The notes: generated by a model not told the origin, from the sequence alone. DNA of 63,090 nt, filler included, from Octopus bimaculoides (GCF_001194135.2; 5 parts of 5 records of this genome joined end to end with filler, not necessarily neighbours in it), one strand, 5' to 3'. Positions 1 to 12,282 are shown, numbered from the whole stretch's first letter. Program-made: numbers and translations.

Positions 1-211
1 GTCTGTGTATGTATGTGTGTATGTATTTATATAGATATATAAATACACATGTATACAGGTGTGAGTATATACATGTCTATATTATTGCATATATGTATAC
101 GCGTATGTATATATGTATATATATGTATGTATATATATATACACATGTATATATATTCATAGATGCATTCACAGATGTGTATATATATATGTATGTATGT
201 ATGTATGTGTG

Positions 212-264
<53 letters not shown>

Positions 265-377
265 CTGTCTGTCTGTGTGTCTGTAGGGTTGTATATAGTT
301 CTGTGTATGAGTGCGTATGTAGAACGGCCGCACCCCAGTATGGCCACATGTCTCGAGCTGAAACTAGTAAAGAATAA

Positions 378-452
<75 letters not shown>

Positions 453-580
453 CATATAGATATAATATATAAATATACTTATGCCTGTGGATATATATAT
501 ATAGATGGATATATAGAGAGATACTTATGTATGTATGTGTGTGTGTGTGTAAGTATGTTCTGTGTATATGTGTGTGTGTA
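1..580. repeat. Compound microsatellite field (TATG, GT, AT) with a short SINE/LINE-tail remnant at about 322-378
   Basis: Direct inspection of the sequence. Confidence 0.9.
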
Positions 581-1243
581 GGTGGGTCCGCGCAGTATTT
601 ATTTCTCATTGTACGGAGACCAACTTTTTATGCTATTTTCTGCGATAACAAATTCTTCCAGTGTGTTTGCAAATGTATTATACTAACGTTTAAAATATAA
701 TGGGATATATCTTTTTTTTTCATAAAATCGTTATCAAATAAAACAAAGTAAGACAAATTTATTTCCCCGTGAGCTACTATGAGACATTGTGTATATAGTT
801 ACTAAAAGCGATTACGGAGTCTTTCGCTATGACTATAACGCAGCTACCAGACTAAAATAATGTATGTAAATAGAAAAACAGTATTTGTCTTAGCCTACCT
901 ATGAATACAGTTTATGGCAGAAAAGTCAAAGCGCATGCCCTTTTTCAAATGAGATAATGTAGTCGAAAGAAATATGACTAGATTATATGTCGTAACAGAT
1001 ATCAAATGTAATATATTATATTTGATTTGTTCATCTGAAACCTCTCTTTTTAAGCCTATTCCCATCTCTCGTTCTCTCATACGTTATGTGTGTACATGTG
1101 CTTGTGAACAGACACACATACACACAGAGCGATACAGCGAAGTGCACAATACTGACAAAATGAATCAACGAATACTAACACACAAATATCTCATACTCAG
1201 TTCTACATATATCAAAAGGAAAATGTATATCTATATGTACATA

Positions 1244-1283
<40 letters not shown>

Positions 1284-1904
1284 CAAGTACCATCACATAC
1301 ATAAATGTATTGTGTGTGCGCGTGTGTACTTCGTGTAAATTTTTTTATCACTCTTGTAAATCGTGTTTTTCTTGTTTTCCCAAGTAATTTTCTTTACCAT
1401 ATCAGTGTAAAAATGTCAGTCTCAAAGCACTTTGGCTGGGAAATAATTACTTTAACACAAATTGTGTATGATGTAAGGTATATACTTGTGTAAGTCACAA
1501 ATAAGTACTCGTATATTTCAAAGCTCCTAGCAACGTTGCTTTGTATCTGGCTGTCTGTGTTTATTTCCATTTGAAGATAGTTTCAAAATATCTATAATCT
1601 TCTTTCGTTACTAATAAATACCTTATCCAAATAGGTAATGCGGTGGAAAAAAAACATCCCAAGAGCTATTTACTTACGTCACCTTAGCTAATACCTCAAA
1701 AACTTGTACAAGTTATTTCTTCCCATTTCTTCAGGATCGATAAATAATAATAATTTCGTTACTTTGTTATAACCAACTGTAATCTTGTATTAAAAATAAC
1801 ATTTTAGTGCAATACTAAATGTATTATTCTATTTAGTTTCAAGTCAATTCCCATCAAGTTCAAATACATAGCCGGTCGTCCAGAAGCAACTGGAGAGAAA
1901 CGTA

Positions 1905-2262
1905 TTTTCTCTTTTATCTCTTTTACTAGTTTCCGTTCGAGAGCTAGGGTCATGTTTTGCTTCACGTTCGTTTCTTGAAAATCCCTTTGCTATGTGGATA
2001 TTGGTGAATGAAGGATTCTGATGTTGCTGCCCACATATGTATTTTGCATTGCTTATTGTGTTCATCTGGAACGCTTTTGAAAGGAGAAGATCCAGATTTG
2101 TTTCCAAGACACATGCATCCACCACATGTAGGCCTCTCAAGTGTTTTGAGAAGATATGGAAGAGCTGTGGGCTCCTTAAACCCAAGGTGTTGCAATATCT
2201 GATCCTCTATATTGATGGCGATGTTGGGATCTTTGAATTATATAGCGATGCCCAGTTCTGGT
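1905..2262 (-). mobile_element. CR1/L2-group LINE, decayed 3' end of ORF2 plus 3' tail
   Basis: Two frames joined by a frameshift read RYCNTLGLRSPQLFHIFSKHLRGLHVVDACVLETNLDLLLS / KSVPDEHN...HMWAATSESFIHQ*. This resembles the CR1-type C-terminal pattern (G..GP.LFN.LP..R......FK..LD.FL..VPD.P). The tail ends ...gaaactagtaaaagagataaaagag. Confidence 0.6.
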
Positions 2263-4398
2263 TTTTTTTTTTTTGTGTGTAATTACCAATGCTAAAGTTC
2301 AGTAAAAGCCCTTGCAGGACTTTCTTGATGTATATCACTGTATAACAATTATATTTCTAAATGACAATCAACTGACTAATCAACTGTTATTATATAATTA
2401 AAATACACTTGTCTCTGAATAAACATTGAGACATGCGAAAAGAGTGAATCAAGTGGGACAGGGTTTGATAGCTCAATATCCGTATTCGTATCAAAATAAT
2501 TAATGTTTGTTTATATTTTCACTAGACTAAAATCAGTCTGAGCAAATGTACAAAAAGTATTATTCATTGCAATCAATTCCTACTGTAAATTCCTGGCTCC
2601 TCAATGGACTTATGTAACATATTCTACCTTTTCATATCAATGATATTAGGCACGGCATCAACCTATCTTTAACGTCTTTGAAACTTATCTTCATAATGCG
2701 TGTCAACTTGTAATAAAATAGTAATCTGTGAAACTAAATTTTTCAGTAATATTTGGTAATATTCGATTATCTCACAACGATAAATTATTTTATATCTCAA
2801 ATTATTTCACAATTCATTTAGTGTGCCCACAGCTTATTTCTTCTAAAGCCAATTTTTTTTACAGCTCGTATAACTGAGCGTCGCATTAGTCCATTTTCCT
2901 ATAATATCGTACCGACTCTGGTTTCTCTCCCACCATTTTTGATTTTTCTTTCAAATATATACGAATATATATATGGGATTTTGTGGTGCGAGGTGTGGGG
3001 ATGAAGGAGTGCGTGTGGGGTATAGATATTGCTTTTAATATCATTTGTCTTTACACAAGTGAACGTTTGAAAATCAGCGTACCACACTTAAGTTCTCTTG
3101 AGTCGCATGTATATTATACATTTCCTATCTCATAATTTCGTCTAAAGCAGCTGTTAAGAGTGTAGCGCACTTGAATTTCAAAGGTAGTCATTCCCGAATT
3201 CTTCATATTTGATAGTCGTCAGTCGGTAGTAGATTCTTTTTTGAGAATTAGAATTATCAGAAACACAGATTATGCCAGGTTTGTGGTATTAACGTAAGCA
3301 CCTGACTAATGGTTGATATTTTATTCCCTATTTCGGATTGCAGTCTTTCCGTTATATTACACTGTCTTATGAAACAACTTGTATTTACAGACCTGATTTT
3401 CTCTAAATTTTTCTTTCCTCAACAAAATTACGAAATATAACGGGGGCGGGGATGATTCTACGTCGCCCGCTCTCTCAGAGATAAATATTTCAACAATACT
3501 TAACGAGTTGCGATGGTTAACCTTATGTTTCATCTAACACCAATGTAACCACAAAAGACTCGACATTTTTCAATCCATCAAACGTAAAAATTCTGATAAT
3601 TTATTGCAAGCAACGGAAACTAAAGTTGTACTCGTACCTGTACAGGTAAATTATCATGCTCATTTACAGTAGCAGTTCGTTTTGAGGTGCATTTTGCAGC
3701 ATCCAATATATTGCAAGAATTTAAACTAAAGTTTCTTGGTCAAGGATCATTTGATATTTAAATAGATTACATTTCTTCTGTAGCCATTGACGAAGCGACA
3801 TGTTTCCTCATTTTTGAAGAAGCTACAAAATTCGCTTATGTTGTCTTAGCCTGCAGACAAATTTGCAGTGTTCGGTCGTTTCTGTGCTTACTTCTCTGAA
3901 TGCCTCTAAATCAATGTCATGAAGTATGAACTCATCAAAACTTATCGGGAGCTATGGTGCTTTAGGAAATCAAATTTAGTGAATTAGCGACAGACATAAA
4001 GGGAGATTAACCATATCACACTTATTGTATATGTTATGTTACTGGTGGTAATGAATTCTTTCCTTGCCAATCCTTTATGATCCTTTAAAAGAAATCTACT
4101 TAATTTTCTTTTGAAATATTGGTATCGTTTTACACTCCTATGTGTGCTTATATACGCAGAAATCTGCATATAAATATTCTGAGGTAGGCTTCATCTCTTA
4201 GTGTAACTTATTAATTCAATCCCAAACACACGTAGAAATTTTTATACAGCTAAACCGTAACAATATTTACAAGTATTTGGTTTTTAATATTTCTGACATT
4301 TTTCTTTTGAAACAAAACTTTGACATCAATAGTTTTTCCATTGCAACTCTTCCTAAATTTCTCTCCGTATTGCTTAGCAATTCCTCGTACATGACAGA

Positions 4399-4435
<37 letters not shown>

Positions 4436-4440
<5 letters not shown>

Positions 4441-4622
4441 AGAATTCACGAAAAAACAACAGTCGAAGACAGGTGGTGTAAACAATGAATGGATGTATTA
4501 GTATAACCCTCGGGAATAGAGAAAGTCTTTCACGTTTCGAGCCTACGCTCTTGAACAGAAAGGAACACAGAAAGAAACACGGAGAGAAAAATATATGCGT
4601 AATGGTCAGCGATCTGTCCTGA
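4436..4622 (-). repeat. Short interspersed repeat containing a hammerhead-shaped motif
   Basis: Non-coding, bounded by microsatellite-like sequence on both sides, and contains ctttCTGTTCAAgagcgtaggctcGAAACGTGaaag at 4562-4527. Confidence 0.5.
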
Positions 4623-4659
4623 CGCATACAAGCATACACAACTCATACACACCCGTACA

Positions 4660-4993
4660 TACGCATATCTCGGCAACTCCAACAACCCGGGTCAACCTTG
4701 AGCGACTGCATCACAACTTACGCATTCTATAGTGGATTAGTGGAGGGAAGGTACGACGACGATCTCGGGGCGAACCTGGGCGTCGACGAGGAATACCTGA
4801 CCCGCCTGTTTAAGACGACCTTCGGACCGGGACCTATGGACAACTTCCAGAGATCCCTGGCCTGGCAGTGCTATCGAGAAGCTCTACCCGTTCCGGATAA
4901 GCTCTACAGGCATGGCTCGAGAAACACGGGGCCGACCTGTCCGAGATGCGGGCGGAGCGTCGAAACCGTTCTGCACACACTCGTACGGTGTTC
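4660..4993 (+). mobile_element. L1/Tx1-clade LINE ORF2 C-terminal zinc-knuckle fragment, truncated by an N gap
   Basis: GC-rich open frame ...LAWQCYREALPVPDKLYRHGSRNTGPTCPRCGRSVETVLHTLVRC. The W..CP.CG...ET..H....C pattern is the zf-RVT motif of L1/Tx1 ORF2. Confidence 0.8.
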
Positions 4994-5955
4994 NNNNNNN
5001 NNNNNNNNNNNNNNNNNNNNNNNNNNNNNNNNNNNNNNNNNNNNNNNNNNNNNNNNNNNNNNNNNNNNNNNNNNNNNNNNNNNNNNNNNNNNNNNNNNNN
5101 NNNNNNNNNNNNNNNNNNNNNNNNNNNNNNNNNNNNNNNNNNNNNNNNNNNNNNNNNNNNNNNNNNNNNNNNNNNNNNNNNNNNNNNNNNNNNNNNNNNN
5201 NNNNNNNNNNNNNNNNNNNNNNNNNNNNNNNNNNNNNNNNNNNNNNNNNNNNNNNNNNNNNNNNNNNNNNNNNNNNNNNNNNNNNNNNNNNNNNNNNNNN
5301 NNNNNNNNNNNNNNNNNNNNNNNNNNNNNNNNNNNNNNNNNNNNNNNNNNNNNNNNNNNNNNNNNNNNNNNNNNNNNNNNNNNNNNNNNNNNNNNNNNNN
5401 NNNNNNNNNNNNNNNNNNNNNNNNNNNNNNNNNNNNNNNNNNNNNNNNNNNNNNNNNNNNNNNNNNNNNNNNNNNNNNNNNNNNNNNNNNNNNNNNNNNN
5501 NNNNNNNNNNNNNNNNNNNNNNNNNNNNNNNNNNNNNNNNNNNNNNNNNNNNNNNNNNNNNNNNNNNNNNNNNNNNNNNNNNNNNNNNNNNNNNNNNNNN
5601 NNNNNNNNNNNNNNNNNNNNNNNNNNNNNNNNNNNNNNNNNNNNNNNNNNNNNNNNNNNNNNNNNNNNNNNNNNNNNNNNNNNNNNNNNNNNNNNNNNNN
5701 NNNNNNNNNNNNNNNNNNNNNNNNNNNNNNNNNNNNNNNNNNNNNNNNNNNNNNNNNNNNNNNNNNNNNNNNNNNNNNNNNNNNNNNNNNNNNNNNNNNN
5801 NNNNNNNNNNNNNNNNNNNNNNNNNNNNNNNNNNNNNNNNNNNNNNNNNNNNNNNNNNNNNNNNNNNNNNNNNNNNNNNNNNNNNNNNNNNNNNNNNNNN
5901 NNNNNNNNNNNNNNNNNNNNNNNNNNNNNNNNNNNNNNNNNNNNNNNNNNNNNNN

Positions 5956-5990
<35 letters not shown>

Positions 5991-6009
5991 AACATACATA
6001 CATACATGT

Positions 6010-6290
6010 ATATGATGTGCTCACGCGTGGAAGATGATGTTTGAGTGTTCACCTTTTGCCGAACAATCTGTACAAATGATTTGTTCATAGTGATGAAATG
6101 TTCGCACCGCACAGTAGCTCGCACTCTTCATCAAATGGACGTTGCCTGAGCAGGTGCATTGTGTACCATGCGATAGGTGTTGAAGTGACCCACGTGAAAT
6201 AAAGTGTTTTGTTCACAACGCACCACTCGCTCAAAGAATTGATGCCACGATCTCGCTATCGTGACTGCAACACCTTAACCACTAGGTCAG
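6010..6290 (-). mobile_element. tRNA-derived SINE, diverged (separate family)
   Basis: The minus strand begins with a tRNA-like head cctagtggttaaggtgttgcagtcacgatagcgagatcgtggcatcaattc (A box and degenerate B box), followed by a non-coding body. Confidence 0.55.
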
Positions 6291-6303
6291 CTTCCTATAT
6301 ATG

Positions 6304-6343
6304 TCTAGATAGATAGATAGATAGACAGATAGATAGATAGATG

Positions 6344-6389
<46 letters not shown>

Positions 6390-6406
6390 AAGATAGATAG
6401 ATAGAC

Positions 6407-6481
<75 letters not shown>

Positions 6482-6500
6482 GATAGAGAGAGAGGGAAAG
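6304..6500. repeat. (AGAT)n/(AGAC)n microsatellite
   Basis: Direct inspection. Similar tracts are at 13131-13250 (AG), 17112-17182 (CT), 22200-22320 (TATG), 30255-30378 (CTAT), 37066-37117 (AAT), 40745-40850 (CTA), 45631-45715 (CA), 51955-52080 (CCAA), 57083-57155 (CT) and 59546-59603 (TCTA). Confidence 0.9.
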
Positions 6501-8900
6501 AAAAGAGAGGAGGGATACCATTTTCCTTTTAACAACGCAATAGAGCATTCTCTGATGATCTGTTATGGCTATGCCTCTTAATGCAGAGCTCCAAACTGTT
6601 ACGGTTGTGAAACGTACGTATGAACACATAATATAAATTTGTGATCATCACAATTTCTCCTACATTTCCTCTGTATATCACAATAGTGATTCTACAAAGT
6701 ATAGAAGTTGTCTGGCCACTGAGAACGGATTGGTTGATGAGGAGATCTGTGTGGGGAGCTCTGAACTAGCAGTCATTCATTTATTTGTACAAACAAGAGA
6801 AGATCCGTATATGTACATATAAGCAGGTGTATTTATGAATACTTTGCATATGTGAATGGATGTACTTAGAAATATACACTCTCATCTCAAACATATGTCT
6901 GGTTGTATGAGTGCACATACCCTTCTGTCACTAGCATATACCATTAACTACTCTACAGTATTTCAATTGACCTATCTCTATACATTTATTGAAGTTTATG
7001 TCATATAAGACATACTTACATGGATACATACATACATGTATGTATGTATGTATGCATAGTGCACATAATTTATTATATATATGTAAATGTGTGTGTATGT
7101 GAGTGCTGGTTCATATGTGTAATTTGTTTTCATTTAAGTAGTTGCCTTCTATATTTAAAGGATGTACTGTTGTTGGAACGTCACAATTTTTCTGTGGAAT
7201 TTACTGCAAATCGGCCTAACCAATTTTATCCATTTCCATGTGACATTATTTGCCCTTATTCATAAAATATGCAATTAGTATTATAACTGTATTAACTTCT
7301 AATAATACTTGTTTTGAAGAAATATTTCCTTGTGGCAATGGATATGTGTGCCACTAATAGGTGTGTCGCAGGGTAACACTTAATACTCGAGGTACAGCTG
7401 TGACAGCATTATATATAAACACATTGATCATTATCGAAGATAGCAGTAAATTGAACTGCCACCCAGTCTAGGTGTAAATAACATGTTTGAAAAGAAAATT
7501 AAATAACGTGCCTTGTTGAAAATCGGCTCTTACTTGTAATTTTGAATGAAATACGCAGATATCTAATTAAGATCTTTCAATTTTCAACACGCATTTCCCG
7601 GACAAGGAGCACGTGGTTAAGTACCCATTAACTACACAGAAGAATGGCCTTCAGCAACTTTATAACTTTTCACTACCAGGATCTTGTTAATTATCAATTA
7701 GCGAAGCGTGAAATTGAAAATTTTCAAATCTAATTTTAATTGAAATATTATGTTAAATGAGTTTAAAACAAATAGGGCCTTATAATGTGCAATGGAAACT
7801 GCGAAGAATGGGAAATTTTAAAGAACAAGAGACTGAGATATTTTAAAGAACAAACTTTGTGATATCTAAATGCTGGTCAAACAATGATTCAAAGTTAATC
7901 AAAACACATAATGTAACAGGGGTCCTTTTATGAATCTTACATTTTCAATATAATTGAAAAGTGTTTTATAAAACAAAGCTGCCGGGTGATTGCTTCTCAT
8001 CTTTAAGCGTAGATAAACTGCACTTGTTTTCTCTTTTGTTATGAATTTGTGTATAATAGCGTCTTTGGTTATAGGTGTAAATTTTATCGCCACTGCGTAG
8101 ACGTCTAAATGTTTAAAAGTGTCTAGCTTTTGCTACACTGTCTCTGTTAAGAGAGAACTTTAAATACATCTTAAGTACCCATCCATATGTTAGACAGGAG
8201 GTACTATTTGGTGAATATTTTGCTGTTTCTTTTGTTTCTCCCATGTCGATCGCATACATTGATATACTCAGAATTAGAGATAATTGGCAAACTATCAGAT
8301 ATCTGACTTACCGGCAGTGAGCGACTTCTGAGAAGCTCCATAGTGTTTTTTGACAAAACGATCTCTTTCTAGCAGATGATCCGATATGTCAGACTCTGAG
8401 ACATCAATATGTTAAATGTTTTATTTAATAATAAGATGCACCAGCATGTTAAATGTTTTATTGAATAATGAAAAAATTACTTTAGAAAATATATTTATTG
8501 ATATGAATGCGTAATATCAACATATAGTCATTCCAATCAGATCCATTCGCAGGACACACAATAATGTGTAGATTTCCGGTAAGCATTTACAGTGCATTGT
8601 TTAAGTTTATATTTCGAAATTCATTTCTTCAAGAATTGCTGTTCTGGTGTTGCAACGTTGTAGCATTATATGTCTCCCATTCTATCACATTCAATGAGCG
8701 ACTAAATAATTGTGTAAGATACCAGAGGGTTCGGCGATTTTTGTAGGATACGAAACCGCAAAGTGATCACTAAACATTTGATGGTTTAATTAAATATTAC
8801 AAATAAACGGCGTCTTTAGTGGTGTGTAGAAATAAAATACACTCCTGAATTTGAAAGTAATTCTAAGGCTTGAAATTACGGGATTCATTTTTACACAGTA

Positions 8901-8932
<32 letters not shown>

Positions 8933-9111
8933 TGTGTGCGCGTGTGTGCTTATGTATGAGTGAGCATGTGTGTGTGAGTATGTATATGTATGTATTACAA
9001 ATCAGGGTACAATATGTTTGCTAGAAACACGAGTGAAACACTCCAAAGCCACGTATCTAACTAAAAACAAATCAGTCGTCCTCATGTGTAAAACTACAAA
9101 GAGGAGAGTAG

Positions 9112-9172
9112 ATATATCAGTATCAATTGATTTCGCTTTTTGTGTCAAAATCACTGAAAGCTCATCAGTTGT
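9112..9172 (-). ncRNA. Minimal type I hammerhead ribozyme-like motif (helix I degenerate)
   Basis: Minus strand reads caa CTGATGA GCTTT-(17 nt)-AAAGC GAAA tcaattga T A ctg. It has an intact core, a 5-bp helix II, a palindromic helix III and an AUA triplet, and it lies downstream of and co-oriented with a PLE relic. Confidence 0.55.
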
Positions 9173-9479
9173 AGGCATACTACGTAAACTAGTTTTAAAA
9201 ATGCATTTACCATTCCATGCGCGTCTGTTCAGCTGAAGGCCCCGCGATTTCCAAACGAATATTAGCGAGCAGGTATAAATTCAAATAGGTTATCATTATC
9301 TTAAAAACTAAAATGATGAAATGGCCTGCAAATAACGAAATAGGCAAAATATATATTAAAAGTCACGGTACAATATGCTCCTGTTTGCTAGAAACAAGAG
9401 TTAAAAGTCTCCAAAGCCACTAATCTCTCACTCTATGAACGGAGATTGTAGAAAATATACTTTTCTTCTTGTAAGTTGT

Positions 9480-10290
9480 TTCTTAAGGTTTTTTTTTCCC
9501 TGGCATTTACTATTTCGCAAATAACTTTTGTCAGTTTTCTCATTTTGAGGCTCTCTATGAGTATTGGTAGGTTTGAGTGTATAACGTGGAAAATATTGGT
9601 TATTCCAGGGTTGTATGTTTTAATAAATGGAATAGTATGTTTCTTCGTTTTTTTTTTTTATATTTCTTTTGGTGTCCTAGGTTGTTTAATGTCTAATCTC
9701 ATTGCTTTCGAGATTCCATTATTTATCAGTTTCAGAAGGTAATTTTGTTCTTGTAAGAAGTTTTTGAATTCATCAAGTCTAATTCGGCGTATTTGTGGGT
9801 CACTTACTATGGTGCAGATGTGTCTTGTCATACTGTATGGGATGTTCATTTTGATGTGTGAGGGGTGGTAAGAGTATAAATTTAACTATTGGTTTGTGTC
9901 TGTTTTTTTTGTAAAATATGTCTGCTGTGACAGTGGAGTTGTGTGTCTTACTTTGGTCTATCCCCAAATCTGAAGCAGTTATTGAGGTAGCGCTTCCACT
10001 TCTTCACGATGTTTTGTTTGAAGTAGTGACCAAAAGTTTTTCCTACTTCCTCGTAAAGTCTACCTTTACGTAACCCAGGAATAGGTTGGTATACGAGGGT
10101 GCAAATTTCGTACCCTGAATCTGTCCGTATATCTTATTATCAAATCTGAAGGTGCATTCTTCGAGTACTAGACGAGTGGATTTGGTAATAAAGGCTGTTT
10201 GAAACGTCCATCTATAAATCCTCTGTGTTTCTCTACCCAGTGTTTGAATACTTCCAAGCCTGAGGTATGCGCTCTCTTTCTCCTTTAGAA
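9480..10290 (-). mobile_element. Penelope-like element (PLE) reverse transcriptase relic, frameshifted
   Basis: Successive frames give GLEVFKHWVEKHRGFIDGRF, FITKSTRLVLEECTFRFDNKIYGQIQGTKFAPSYTNLFLG, KWKRYLNNCF (YxDD decayed to YLNN) and NIPYSMTRHICTIVSDPQIRRIRLDEFKNFLQEQNY..LINNGISKA, all typical PLE RT/thumb motifs. Confidence 0.85.
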
Positions 10291-10819
10291 AATTCTAAGT
10301 TGGAGCTTTAAAATGCATTCAAAACAAAACAGCCAACCAGAAATAAATGAATTTGGATATATAATTGAGACAGCATTATGTATTGCGTTTTAAAACAAAT
10401 TCCTCTTTGCAGTCTGAAGGATAAATACTCAGACGAAAATCAAGAGCAGTGGCTAAAATGACCAACGCTTTAAAAATTTATCTAACCATAGACATGAATC
10501 TTTAATTATATTAATTAATTTTTTTTTTAAATCATAATGTGTACTTAAATTTGTGTGGTATGTATATGGGTGCACAAATATCAACATGTACATATATAGA
10601 TGTCATTGAGTGTGTATGTGTATGCATGTGTGTATCGGTATGTGCGTATGCATATATATGTATATGTGTGTGTGTGCATACATATGTGTGTGCGTGTGTG
10701 TGCTTGTTTGTGTGAATTTCAATCCAAAAAGTTGACCACATCCATACTACTATTCTTTAATGAACACAAAAATGCTAGTCTTGGAAATTCAATTTAATTG
10801 GTAAAAAATATTAAGAAGC

Positions 10820-11460
10820 CAGAGACGATTATGAATGTAGGCGGGTAGCCACTAGAGTTGGTTGAGTACTTCTTGTATCTTGGAGCCAAGTTTGGGAACA
10901 CAGAGGGTAATATAGGTGAGAGGAAGAGCAAAGCCTGGTCGGTATACCACTGTTTCAGACCTGTATGGAGGTTGGACCTGCGCAAAGACATGAAGATCTA
11001 TCTGTTCGTTGATGCAATGGAGTCTGTGCTGTTATACGCGTCTGTGATTTGCACACTGACCAAGAGACTCACTCGGATGATGGTTGGGTGCTACACGAGA
11101 ATTCTGAGGACAGCTCTGAACTTTAATCAGTGTACGTTGAGGATCAAGAGCTCAGAGATGTATGAGAGCCGCCCAATAGTTGGCTCGAAAATAACACAGA
11201 GGAGACTGAGGTTAGCTGGACATGCTCACAATTAATCCGAGTTGATACTGCACTCAGTGTTCTTGTGAGAGACCCTACACGGACACATTATAAGAGGTAG
11301 ACCGAGGATGACATATGAGGATAGCCTAAGGACAGATACAAGTCTCCGGAATATACAGGACATGGTAGCGATGATAACAGAGAAAACCCGCTGGAGAGAA
11401 ATCGTTCATGGATCTCGGAAATTTTACACGCCCTAGATATTTATTTATTTATTTATTTAT
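10820..11460 (+). mobile_element. RTE-clade LINE, 5'-truncated and decayed, with (TTTA)n tail
   Basis: ERKSKAWS...KIYLF..MESVLLYAS..TLTKRL..MMVGCYTRILRTALN...KITQRRLRLAGHAHN*SELILH...HGHIIRGRPRMTYEDSLRTDT, followed by a tttatttattt tail at about 11440-11460. Confidence 0.85.
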
Positions 11461-12282
11461 ATGTGTGTATGTGTATATATGTATTTATGTGTATGTGTAT
11501 GTATGTATTTGTATGTATGCGTGTGTGTATTATTATACGCATGGCATCACTGCTTCAAAATGTTGAGTTCCGTTTCCTGCATTTAGTATATTATTTTTAT
11601 GATAAATTTTCCGTATATTTTAACATTAGTTCATAGAAAATTATAAATATTAATAATATACACTTCAAAGAACATAGCTTCTTTAGAAATATAGAAATGA
11701 CAGTTTTTACTTTTAATACATTTATATTAAATTAAATTCCTTTGGAGAAAATATTTATATATTTTCTGTAAGTAGTAAGACTTCTACACACATTTCGTAT
11801 TTTGTTTTTTCTTCCAAACACATTGAAATTCATGCAGAATATAATCAAAATCGAATTACTAACTCGGTTCTATTGGTTTTTCTTTTAATTTGTGTTTTAT
11901 TATGAAAATTCTATATTTAAAAAAAAATTATTACGCGTTAATATCTTTTGCAAATTCAATATTGTCTAAAATTAGTTGCGTAAAATATCAAATACCCGTG
12001 ATATTGACATTTCTTTTGGAAACACTATAGATTTTTAAAATAATTTTAATGCTGATAAGATATTAGTATCTAACTATGATATACCAATCAATTTCAATTC
12101 TTTATGTTATTACTACTGATATTATTTGATATTATATTATCATAATATAGCTCTATGAAAATCTACTCGTGCAATATCGTATCGTTTTATTCTTTCAGTA
12201 ATTATTATGCTTATAGATTTATTACTGTGGAGCATTCGAGAAAATAAACAGTTTCCACACACACATATATATAATTCTTTCT

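Noticed and set aside
9-609. YI/CV/HT/LS-repeat ORFs throughout the window
   Set aside because: These are translations of (AT)n, (GT)n, (CA)n and (CT)n microsatellites, not proteins.
4994-5955. Long ORFs (200-450 aa) in the supplied track spanning poly-X stretches, here and at 16.6, 19.5, 21.2, 30.4, 58.5 and 61.4 kb
   Set aside because: They are open only because N runs contain no stop codons, and the flanks are microsatellite translations.
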